A DNA stretch of 62,301 nucleotides, counting the filler, from Nemertoderma westbladi (lineage: Eukaryota; Animalia; Xenacoelomorpha), in the NCBI GenBank assembly GCA_032718475.1. It is 3 parts of 3 records of this genome, joined end to end, with 100 filler letters (N's around TTAATTAATTAA, not from the genome) between each part and the next. Parts side by side here need not be neighbours in the genome. Positions count along the whole stretch, not along the records: positions 22,894 to 52,495 come from JAUCBJ010004436.1; positions 52,596 to 62,301 come from JAUCBJ010006074.1; 1 more part is not named here. One strand, written 5' to 3'. How positions within the stretch are numbered: position 1 is the first letter of the stretch; the number at the start of each line of letters is the position of its first letter. A program made the translations under genes and the position numbers. The notes beneath the pieces were generated by a model. The model was not told where the DNA came from and did no database searches. It saw nothing but the letters and a program-made list of their open reading frames with translations. Below are positions 50,833 through 62,301 of this stretch, in pieces.

Positions 50833-52055
50833 GCCGGACGAGGGGTCGAAGGTCCGAATGAGACGAAGGTCCGAATGGGATGAAGGTCCGAAAGTGGTCG
50901 CTTTTTTTCGGACCTTCTTCCTGTTCGGACCTTTGGCCCATTCGGGCCTTCGTCCTGGGTGTGATAGGCCTTCGTCTACGACCAAGCACGGTACTTTATA
51001 GAGGACAAGGTTTGTATGGGCCAAAGGGAACAAACATTAGTTGTTTATCATCCCATGGCGAAGGTCCGAATAACCAGGACGAAGGCCCGAAATAATGTGA
51101 AAATCTTTCTCACACCATCATGTGAATTGTAACGAACATGATTTATGAAACTCTTATATTGGCAAACGTATTAACATATTCATTCTGAGCTACATGTAAT
51201 TTGAATTTAAAACGCTGCTTGGATAAGCTATCATTCAAACAAGAGCAAGCATAGACTAAACTGTATGTGACACTGTATTAACGAAGAGCAAAGCAACTTG
51301 CGAGATTCTATGTTTAAATCCTTTCTCCAGATGAACAGTATCTAAAACAGCGTCAAATATTTAACTTATTCTATCTATGACGTCGGTAATAAAATTAATG
51401 GAGTAGGCCTACGGACAATTACGACCCGGACTATTATAGCTTAACGTTAGGGGACCTTCCATATATTACGAACACCAATTTGGCCAATTTTTCATCCAAA
51501 AATTCTCCCACACAACCCCCTTACAAATAAAATATATGTAGGCCTACAGTATTTCTTATTCTTGACCTATAATAATGTAAAATGTATTTATTATTTTTAT
51601 TTATTTATGTGTTTTCAACTGTATTAATAATAATTGTTAAATAACAAATTGTATTCTTTATTTATTTATTCTTTGTTCTTTATATTTATTATTTTTGTAT
51701 TATCGTACATAAATTGGTTAAACACTTTAATATGCAATAAAAACTAAAAGCCTTAAATAATATAACGACAAGTTCAATAACTATACGGACATTCCTGGCC
51801 ATAATTTGATTTGCAATGTACCTAACGTACCATAATTATTTGTAATTGCATCAAGTAACAAATCATTTTAAAGCCGCTTCCGCTCATAGTATGTCTATGT
51901 AGGTATCTAAGTTTCATTCTAAGTATGTCATAGTATCTGTATGTCACAATTCACAGTCCCCCCCCCCCCCCCCCCCCCCACGTAAATATTATCTTACTTA
52001 GAATGTGGTGTGACGGACCTTCGTCTTGATTTTTCGGACCTTCGTCCTGGAATCG
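50833..52055. mobile_element. Probable MITE-type element with GAAGGTCCGA subterminal repeats
   Basis: Many direct and inverted copies of (GGAC)GAAGGTCCGA at 50833-51092 and inverted copies at 52014-52050. Confidence 0.5.
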
Positions 52056-52495
52056 GACGAGGGAGGTGAAACTATCTATGTTTCAGATTTGAAGTGATCT
52101 CATTGAGGTTGCCATTGGGGTCAAGGCCACTATCAATTTGTTAGACTAATATCCAAGTAATTAGGTGTTGCCTTTTTCTGTAGTGTATATTTTATATTTT
52201 GGAGGCTTTATGTCAGATTAAATTGTAAAGGTCAGTGGCTAAATAATCTCCAAAGAATCATTACGGGCTGACTTTTGAACAGGTTTAAATGAGCTGTTAT
52301 CCCTTAATCAATTTAACCCTTAACTACAGCAATACTAAAACAACCGACAACAGATTAATTATTGATGAGTTTTATGTTATTTGATGAAATAAATAATATG
52401 CAAAGATAGTCCAGAATGCTATGTAGATATTTTCCAGAAGATAGATATTTGCAACCCCAATAACATCATATTCCCACTACCAGCTCTACCCTGCA

Positions 52496-52595
52496 NNNNN
52501 NNNNNNNNNNNNNNNNNNNNNNNNNNNNNNNNNNNNNNNTTAATTAATTAANNNNNNNNNNNNNNNNNNNNNNNNNNNNNNNNNNNNNNNNNNNN
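52496..52595. other. Assembly gap with synthetic linker
   Basis: N44-TTAATTAATTAA-N44. Confidence 0.97.
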
Positions 52596-52640
52596 CCAAA
52601 TTCACTAAACTGTCCTTATCTAACAGCTCCGTAAGTAAAC

Positions 52641-55600
52641 ATGAGGGTGTTATTTATTCTGAATGTTATTTGTAGTTTATTTATCTGCCAAACATGGCAA
52701 GACATCGATTCAATCGACACATCCCATTACCACAACTACGACCAACTGGTCACATCCCTGAAACGCTATTCGAGAGACTACCCAGCGATCACTAAACTAG
52801 TGTCGGTAGGCCGTAGCGTCCAGGGGCGTGATCTATGGGCGATCCGGATCACAGATCACGCCTCGATCGCAGAGCCATCCGAACCGATGGTCAAACTCAT
52901 CGCCAACATGCACGGCAACGAAGCTGTGGGTCGCCAGGTCCTCATCTACCTGGTCCAGTACCTATGCGAGAACTACGGCTGGGATCCACGGGTCACCCAG
53001 ATCGTGGATAGCACGGACCTCTGGATCATGCCGTCGATGAACCCCGACGGATTCGAGGCGGCCCGGGAGGGCGAGTGCTCCGGGGTTACCGGTCGACGGA
53101 ACGCCAACGGCGTTGATCTAAACCGCGACTTTCCAGACCAGTTCCGGGAATCCGACCCTCCCATCGAACCGGAAACCGCGAGTATCATCGAGTGGGTCGA
53201 GGCGAACCCCTTCGTTCTCTCCGTCAACCTCCACGGCGGCGCGGTTGTCGCATCCTACCCGTACGACGATTCCTTCTCCCATAAACTGTCCGGGTTCTAC
53301 AGCGCTACTCCCGACGACGAGGTGTTTAAACACCTCGCGTCTTCCTTCTCAAACGCCCACGCCACCATGCACACGGGGGTTGAATGCGAACGCAACGAGG
53401 TGTTCCCGGGGGGGATAACGAACGGGGCCTATTGGTACGACGTGCCCGGAGGCATGGAGGATTACAACTACCTGCACAGCAACTGTTTCGAGATCACCGT
53501 CGAGTTGTCCTGCTGTAAATACCCACCGGCAGCCCAGTTAGCCGCCGAATGGGAGGCTAATAAACCCGCGTTGCTAACTTACGTAGAGATGGTTCATATG
53601 GGGGTCCGTGGCTACGTTGCTAATATCGATGTTCGCGGTACCGATCGCGGCGTTAAAGACGCCGTTATTCGTATCGCCGGTGTCGACCACAACGTAACCA
53701 GTACATCCGACGGTTACTATTGGAGGTTATTGTTACCGGGTAGTTACGAGGTTACTGTAACCGCCGAAGGTTACTACGATGTTACGCGTAGCGTTACGGT
53801 TGTAGGTAACGATGTTACAGTGGAAAATTTTGAGTTGGTTCCGACGTGGCCGTGGTTGGAAAGGTTTAGAACGTCGGAGGACGTTCCGATTCCGGTCTCA
53901 GGATACCGTTCCGAGTCGGAGTTGGAAGGGATATTCCGGGATATTGCGGATAATTGTTCGGATATCGCGCGGTTGTACAGTATAGGGGAATCTGTGGAGG
54001 GGAGGGACCTGTGGGTAATCGAGTTCTCTAGTCATCCAGGGATACATCAGATGGAACATCCCGAGATTAAACTAGTTGGAAACCAACACGGTAATGAGGT
54101 TCGTCTTAATCTAAAATAGTAGATACTAAAACTTTTCTACACAGTTTATAGGCCTATGATGTTGAGGTGAACTTTTATCCGTTTATATATCGGTAATTAA
54201 ATTATTGGTGTCCACTTTTATTCATCTCTATTTTATTCTATTCGCTGCTAGTATTTTGATTTTATTATCTTTATCAATTTAGGGCAGCACTTGAGGCACG
54301 GTTCCCTGAATTCATAATTAACTAGGTCCAGATTAATCTACACATTTTTTTTACATATATAGTGACATTTTCATGCTTTTATCCGGCAATTAACGATTTT
54401 CACCTTATGCGACCCCACTATTAGGCCAACCCAATTATTAACCAACTTCACTAGCTGCCTATACCTTATTGCAGGTCGTCTCACGGGAACTGCTCATCAA
54501 CTACGCCCAGTACCTCTGCCTCAATTACAATACTAACCTCGAAATAAACCTCCTAATAAACACAACCAGCATCCATATTCTAGCAAGTATGAACCCAGAC
54601 GGCTACGCGACGGCCACAACCAACCAATCAGCGACCAGCAACGGCACGGTAGGCCGATACAACGCGAACAACGTCGACTTGAACCGAAACTTCCCGGATC
54701 CGGTGACGGGAGACCCGCCGGACCCGTTGCAACCTGAGACCCAGGCCGTTATCAACTGGACGCTCAGCTCCCAGTTCGATGTCTCCCTTAACTTCCACGG
54801 GGGTAGTCTTCTCGTTAACTACCCGTACGACCATCTGGTGACGGACTCCGACGGAGAGACGACCTCGATAACCCCGGACGATCAGTTCTTCCGGAGTATC
54901 TCCGGGGTTTACGCATCGCGGAATCCCGGAATGTCGACCGGTTGTCGCGACAACCCGAGCGAAGACGGGATCGTTAACGGCGCCCAGTGGTACGTTGTGG
55001 AACACGGGATGCAGGATTGGGATTACTCGGTCGGCCGCTCGATGGCGCTAACCATCGAATTGAGTTGCGATAAGTTTCCGTCGACGGCGCGACTCCCGGG
55101 CTACTGGCGGGACAACCGGGACGCGTTGACCGCGTTGCTCGGGGCGACGCGGGTGGGGGTCTACGGCCGGGTCACATCGCTGCTAGGCGACCCGGTAACC
55201 AACGCGACGGTGTCTGTGAGCGGCAACTCGCAACCCGCGCGGTTGTCCGCCGCCGGCGAATACCGGAAGCCGCTACTCCCGGGGGTCTACCAGCTGGTCG
55301 TCCGCTCCGACGGCTACCGGACGCTGCGTCGCACGGTCGTCGTATCCTCCGTCTCCGCCACTCGGAGCGACTTCCTACTGGAGCAGGGCGACTCCCCGAC
55401 CCCGACGACGTCCCCCGGTTACCATAGTTACAACGAACTCTCTTCTATTATCCGCGGTTTCGCCGCCGATTACCCGAATCTCGTTCGCGTCGAGTCGATC
55501 GGACAGTCGGCCGACTTCCGACAGCTGTGGGTCGTCCGACTGGGTCGGGTCGCCTCGCGACGACTGAAACCCCGGGTCGCCTTGGTTACCGGTCTCCACG

Positions 55601-56799
55601 GCGACGAGGCGCTAGCCGTGCAGGTGGGTCTGGCGTTGGTGCGGCGGCTACTGGAGGGCTACGGAACGGCGCGGAACGGGACGGAACGGCGGGTTCTCGA
55701 CGACTCCGAGGTTCACGTGCTGCTCGCGGGGAATCCCGACGGGGTCGATCTGTCCGTCGCCATGGAGACAGAGGGCGAGTGCGCGCAGCACGACGGTTTC
55801 CTCAACTCCAACGGGGTCGACCTGGAGGACGACTTCGGGTCGCCTAGCGACGGACCCCTCAGCCAACCCGAGACCGCATCGATCTCCCGTTGGCTCAGCG
55901 ATGGCGGTTTCGTTCTCGCCGTGGTCCTCCGTTCCGGTGCCGACGGGGTCCTCTACCCGTCGCTAGGCAACCCGCCCAGCGACGAGTCCCTCATGCTCGA
56001 GCTGGCCGCGGTCTACACGCTGGTTGTGGACCAATCGGAGTCGGGGTGTCTCATAAAGGGGTCCCGAGACGAGATGGCCGGCGTTGCTAGGGGCGACGCG
56101 GTCCGGGTTTACAATAACAGCATCAACAGTTTTATTTACAATCAGGGAGTTTTAGATTTGGAGATATTCACCGGGTGTTGTAGACACCCGAACGCGAGTT
56201 CGTTGGAAGCCGCTACGGGCCGTTACCTACCGGGGTTGATGGCGTTGCTAAGTTACCCCATGCAGGGGGTCATGGGGGAGGTCGTGGACGCGACCGGGTC
56301 AGCTGTGGTCGCTAGGGGCGTGCTGACCACGACTACTGCAGGGGGGCGCTCGGTTGTGGGGTCTCTAGCGAGCGGTCGGTTCGGCCGGGTCCTACAACCG
56401 GGGGTCTACGTGCTGGATGCCCGGGTAGCGGGGTACCGTCCGTCGCAGACCACGGTCGAGGTGGTTGAGGGGCGGGTCAGTGTGGTCGGGTTGGTGTTGG
56501 AACCGGAGAGCCCCCTAGAGGGGGGCCCAGGGGGGCTGCCAATGTACCCCAACAAACTAATAGTTATCGTGGGTTCCGCCCTGCTAGGGGTAACCTTGGT
56601 CGGGTTCGTTATATTTATAGTTCTCTCGTTTCGCTCGTCCATCCCCGGCTGTTCTACCCTCCGGTACAGTCTACATCTGTCCAACGAGACGGATCTGTCT
56701 CCCCCATCGGTTTCCGAACGGAATCGACTATTAAATTACCGAGATAGCGACGAGGATGGTGAGGACGATACTTTGTATTCCAGAAGTTCCAAACCCTAG
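52641..56799 (+). CDS. CPD: Carboxypeptidase D (M14B metallocarboxypeptidase, three CP domains), 1260 aa; join(52641..54098,54475..56799)
   Basis: Signal peptide. Domain 1: MHGNE / RRNANGVDLNRDF / NLHGG / ITVELSC. Domain 2: QHGNE|VV / RYNANNVDLNRNF / NFHGG / TIELSC. Domain 3 degenerate (HGDE, DLEDDF, VLRSG). Transthyretin-like subdomains, TM helix, acidic tail DSDEDGEDDTLYS. Phase-0 GT..CAG intron at 54099-54474. Confidence 0.95.
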
Positions 56800-57205
56800 A
56801 ATCGCATCCGAAACCTTTTATTTAATGAGAGAGTTCCCTTGGCGAACATTTGTTTTGGGAACGCCAGTTCCGTTCCAATTCCATGGCGTATAGAAGTCCA
56901 GTTAGTCTCTTTAAATACCCTATTATTTTGCAGTGTTCTGATTGGTCGCAGTTTTTATTTGACGGTGACCTAAACTAAAAGGCATTATACAATAGCATGT
57001 TATTTTTTTTTGTTTAAATATAACATTATAAGTAGAAATTATTTATGTTTCTAAATTTCATCATTTACGGCACTCCATTGAATGGGACAGGATTGAAAAA
57101 ATCTCATCAAAAGCATGATAAAAAATGTTTCTTTCCATAAATTCTGTATTGGTGTGGTGGTGATATAAAGTAAACACTTTAGATAAATCCCCCAACATTT
57201 TTCTT

Positions 57206-59093
57206 CAGTACTAAATACTAACTCACAGACACTGTGACATACAGTATACTAAATACTAACTCACAGACACTGTGACATACAGTATACTAAATACTAACTC
57301 ACAGACACTGTGACATACAGTATATTAAATACTGACTCACAGACACTGTGACATACAGTATACTAAATACTAACTCACAGACACTGTGTCATACAGTATA
57401 CTAAATACTAACTCACAGACACTGTGACATACAGAATACTAAATACTAACCTCACAGACACTGACATACAGTATACTAAATACTAACTCACAGACACTGT
57501 GACATACAGTATACTAAATACTAACTCACAGACACTGTGACATACAGTATACTAAATACTAACTCACAGACACTGTGACATACAGTATACTAAATACTAA
57601 CTCACAGACACTGTGACATACAGGTACTAAATACTAACTCACAGACACTGTGACATACAGGTACTAAATACTAACTCACAGACACTGTGACATACAGTAT
57701 ACTAAATACTAACTCACAGACACTGTGACATACAGTATACTAAATACTAACTCACAGACACTGTGACATACAGTATACTAAATACTAACTCACAGACACT
57801 GTGACATACAGTATACTAAATACTAACTCACAGACACTGTGACATACAGTATACTAAATACTAACTCACAGACACTGTGACATACAGTATACTAAATACT
57901 AACTCACAGACACTGTGACATACAGTATACTAAATACTAACTCACAGACACTGTGACATACAGTATACTAAATACTAACTCACAGACACTGTGACATACA
58001 GTATACTAAATACTAACTCACAGACACTGTGACATACAGTATACTAAATACTAACTCACAGACACTGTGACATACAGTATACTAAATACTAACTCACAGA
58101 CACTGTGACATACAGTATACTAAATACTAACTCACAGACACTGTGACATACAGTATACTAAATACTAACTCACAGACACTGTGACATACAGTATACTAAA
58201 TACTAACTCACAGACACTGTGACATACAGACTATACTAACCAGACACTGTGACATACAGTATACTAAATACTAACTCACAGACACTGTGACATACAGGTA
58301 CTAAATACTAACTCACAGACACTGTGACATACAGTATACTAAATACTAACTCACAGACACTGTGACATACAGTATACTAAATACTAACTCGCAGACACTG
58401 TGACATACAGTATACTAAATACTAACTCACAGACACTGTGACATACAGTATACTAAATACTAACTCACAGACACTGTGACATACAGAATACTAAATACTA
58501 ACTCACAGACACTGTGACATACAGTATACTAAATACTAACTCACAGACACTGTGACATACAGTATACTAAATACTAACTCACAGACACTGTGACATACAG
58601 GTACTAAATACTAACTCACAGACACTGTGACATACAGTATACTAAATACTAACTCACAGACACTGTGACATACAGTATACTAAATACTAACTCACAGACA
58701 CTGTGACATACAGTATACTAAATACTAACTCACAGACACTGTGACATACAGTATACTAAATACTAACTCACAGACACTGTGACATACAGTATACTAAATA
58801 CTAACTCACAGACACTGTGACATACAGTATACTAAATACTAACTCACAGACACTGTGACATACAGTATACTAAATACTAACTCACAGACACTGTGACATA
58901 CAGTATACTAAATACTAACTCACAGACACTGTGACATACAGTATACTAAATACTAACTCACAGACACTGTGACATACAGTATACTAAATACTAACTCACA
59001 GACACTGTGACATACAGTATACTAAATACTAACTCACAGACACTGTGACATACAGTATACTAAATACTAACTCACAGACACTGTGACATACAG
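57206..59093. repeat. 38-bp minisatellite (~50 copies)
   Basis: (CAGTATACTAAATACTAACTCACAGACACTGTGACATA)n, very homogeneous. Confidence 0.97.
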
Positions 59094-61142
59094 CTATACA
59101 CACAATTATTAGACCCACCGAACTGAACAGCCACCACTGATTCGCATTATATTGTACTCGTTTGTCGTCCTAATATTGTCATTCACAATTAATTTATTTT
59201 ATGTTTTTGTGATGGAGTTGTTATTGTAGTTTACATAACCATGCATTTACCGATTATTTCAATTTAATCATCTTGTTGGCATATTAATTTAGTACAGTAC
59301 TTATTTGAAGGACAAATTTTATTAATTATATGATATACCATTAACTAACAATAGGTGTAATAAACTGAGGGGGAGGGGGGGGGGGGGGGGTGTATAATGC
59401 CTGGTGCCTCATGGAACCAACAATGTCCAAATCCGCGAGTTGTACTTTTATATATTTGTTACGATATGGAATTGTGAAAAGTATTTCTGGTACCTGACTA
59501 CAGCTAACCATGGCAGATGAATAATTCTACCTACTAAATGTAGTGGTCACACTTTTAGCTTATGTACTGCACTAATTAAATATAATAAATCATATTTTCA
59601 ATGAGTGTCTGAGTCTGTCTAAGGCCGCGTTCCCGTTCACTACCGAGTCAAAGTCAAAAGACTAAATGTAAAACATAATCACAAGAAATTTAATTTTTTT
59701 AAAGAATCCCCAAATGTATTATATTAGGCCTATATAATGTATTATTATTTATTTTTGCTAGCTAGCTATATTTATTTTCTTTTGACTTTGACGCGATAAA
59801 CAAACATAAAAACAGACATTACGTGTTTGTATAACAAAAATTTATTTGTTTCTAGAACTTCTCTCACCTGATATAATTATAACAACTGTCGTTTTGCTTT
59901 AGAACTAAACTCCTTTTTCAATTTGAATGAAAGTTCAATTAAAACTAACGATCGGATACCGCAGCCTATGTATTCTATGGTTTTTTATATTTTGCAACGG
60001 TTTCTGATTGGTTCTCCAAAAGGTAAACGGTGAAAATATTTACTTACTATTTTATTATTATTATTTGGTGCATAAAAAATAAACTTGGATATAAATAGTG
60101 CGGAATTGTAGCGCATCAACAACTACATTATTGTGAGATCGATATCGAAAATTACGTAATTCTATTATGGAAAATTAACACTATTAATTAATACTGATTA
60201 TAATTAAATGATAACTATGTAAGTGATACAGGTAACATAAATCGCAACATATAGTACTTACGCATCATATTTTACTTTTATTGAGAACATTATTTTATAT
60301 GCGGTTATTAATAATTGTTTGTGTTGGTGAATATTATGTAACATTTGTAAATAAATATAACGTTAAAAAGCACAGGTTTTGATGTTATTTTGGTGGCAGT
60401 TGTATCATTAGAAGTTAGTGAGATTAAATTCGCCTTAACTCAACAGTGTTAGATACCGAATTTGTTTATCGTTTCTTTTTTATTGTATTTCATAAATCAT
60501 TTAATCAGTAGGATATGTTTTCGTTTAATTTGGCATATTTGTATTTGGGTTTAAGGGTATTAGTGTTTGGTAAGTTTAAAAACATTCCAGTTGATTAATT
60601 AATGTTGTCATTCATAATAATTATTAATTCGATTTGCAACCAATTCGTTTAGGTACTTAGATGTTATTTTAACATTCCTCACTGTATTACTTTAGTTAGT
60701 AATCAATCTTAGCTTTATGGTGGTTATTGAGGTTGTCAAATTATTACCAGTTAGTATTAATAATGGGCCTTATTGTTTCCTTATTGTGCCTTTACTAGAT
60801 TTAAATAAACATTATCTTCCATTATTAAAATCAACTTTATGAGATTCATTTCGTTTAGTTTCATAAAATATGAATAATTGAGACAGGGGGGCGGGGGGGG
60901 GGGGGGGGGGGGGTGGGAAACTGGACGCAAATCCCATCTTAGCGAATTAATATCCCGTGATGATTTAACAATTAATTTTGTTAAACTTACTATATGTGTA
61001 CTCTGATGGTTTAATGGCTATGATGAATATTATTGACAAGCATATGTCTGACAATAATGTTGACAATTATTACTCTGAGCCGACGACCACATTTATTAAT
61101 TATTATTAATATGTTTACGTAACGCTGTTAATTAAAGTCAAA

Positions 61143-61352
61143 AGGACTATTATTCGATAAAAAAAAGTAAGCGGAAAACTATTCTGTCCGAGTGGTTGAG
61201 TTTTACAATAGTTGGCAGGTTTTTATACGATCGAAGCGAGTGTTAAAATGCCAACGAGTGGAAAACTCAACACACGAGGGCAGAATATCTGAATTTCGCT
61301 AAAGAAAATGAGTGGGAAATAGTATTTTCCGTTACGTTTTTATATTGAATAT
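61143..61352. mobile_element. Palindromic MITE-like repeat (related copy ~32424-32545)
   Basis: AGGACTATTATTCGATAAAAAAAA..GGAAAA..TTCTGTCCGAGTGG(T/A)TGAGTTTTACA is shared; the right half is an imperfect reverse complement of the left. Confidence 0.65.
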
Positions 61353-61732
61353 ATTGTTTTATTTGAAAAAAATTCACCAGCGTTATCATTGTTTACGACG
61401 TATAATATTACTATATTTTAATCGAAATCTCAAAAAATTTGTTTAAAAAGACTTGATGAAAATGAGCCTTTTTCAAATAATATATCATATTCTACATAAT
61501 TTGTATCACTGTACTTCAGATTATCAGATTGATACCATATGTCGATACAGGGGGGGGGGGGGGGGGGGGGGTTGTGCTTCACATATTACACGTATAATAG
61601 TATATTACACATAATATTACACGCTTACAGTACACGTATAATATTGGGGTTGGCGCTAATTCAAGTCGAATTAATATCACGTCTCAGCGAATTAACAATG
61701 TTTATTTATGAATTAAGTGAAAGTAGAAGGTT

Positions 61733-62030
61733 ACACGTTCGTGGGGCCTTCGCGCAGCACTAAGTGAGCAAAGCCTTTGCATATAGGCACCATTAACGAG
61801 TTGTCTGCCGTTAGTCAGAAGTCTTCAACACAATACTCGTCCTCATCTTGTGCCTCGTTGCTCTCGTTCGTTTTTGACCAAACTTCAGATTCTTTCTAAC
61901 TTTTGACTAACTTTTCGAAACTTTGGACTACATACATACCAAGTTTCGTTTAATTTCATCAAGGGATAACCGAGTTATTAGCGATAAAAAATTTACGACG
62001 ACGACGACGACGACAGACCAACTCGCCAAT
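61733..62030 (-). mobile_element. Short HINE-like element related to 25930-27585
   Basis: GTGGGGCCTTCGCGCAGCAC is the reverse complement of 27556-27575; (ACG)n run at ~61995-62013; no long central array. Confidence 0.55.
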
Positions 62031-62301
62031 GGTACCCATATGCTAAGTTGAAGTTCAATTATTGCGAATAATCCGTTGTTATTTGCGTCGATTGTCCCCT
62101 GATATGGATTTGGATTTTTGTTGCGTCAATTTCCCCCATATCTGAATAAAGCCGTCAAATATCTATACAGCCTTCTATAAATTTAACATACAGTAGCGCC
62201 AATTGGGAACAAATGACAGTGAGGCTACCGAAATCATAGACACGCACACAATGTTCATTGATGTATCAGATTCACAGTTTCATTCATAGGCCTATTCAAT
62301 A

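Noticed and set aside
52828-56684. Overlapping alternative-frame and antisense ORFs within CPD (also 9781-10245 and 10776-11312)
   Set aside because: Shadow ORFs of GC-rich coding sequence, with no independent support
22894-59093. 30-47 bp repeat arrays as CRISPR arrays
   Set aside because: Units are head-to-tail with no unique spacers, there are no cas genes, and the context is eukaryotic
57206-59093. RSS/Transib heptamer CACTGTG in each 38-bp unit
   Set aside because: No nonamer at 12/23 spacing and no transposase nearby; likely chance
60000-60860. Possible very old Penelope/RT remnant on the minus strand (HNKETIRPIIN, LFTNV); similar faint RT traces at ~28330-28680
   Set aside because: Only isolated short motifs amid many stops; not supportable without a profile search

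Overview
AT-rich, repeat-dense eukaryotic (animal, invertebrate-like) scaffold DNA with two 100-bp assembly gaps (N44-TTAATTAATTAA-N44). I can support three spliced host genes on the + strand: a 5-exon, 472-aa uncharacterised protein with a degenerate EF-hand-like pair (4962-11415; not visible as one ORF); a 2-exon, 164-aa GPI-type three-finger (Ly6/uPAR-like) protein (15035-16079); and a 1260-aa carboxypeptidase D with only one coding intron (52641-56799). The rest is mobile and repetitive DNA: two diverged copies of a 1.2-kb TG..CA LTR-like unit, one next to a long orphan gag-like ORF and one next to a cluster of orphan ORFs; several RTE-type LINE pieces, most with (TAG)n tails; a CR1/L2-group LINE; HINE/Helentron-like and MITE-like elements; and eight minisatellites of 19-47 bp. 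Most striking: two minisatellites born inside the RT coding sequence of one RTE copy, a twin-priming-like RTE inversion, pervasive TA->TAGGCCTA-type micro-insertions, and the LTR-like element with accessory ORFs and no canonical PBS. No rRNA, tRNA or CRISPR array found. All alignments and counts were done by eye.
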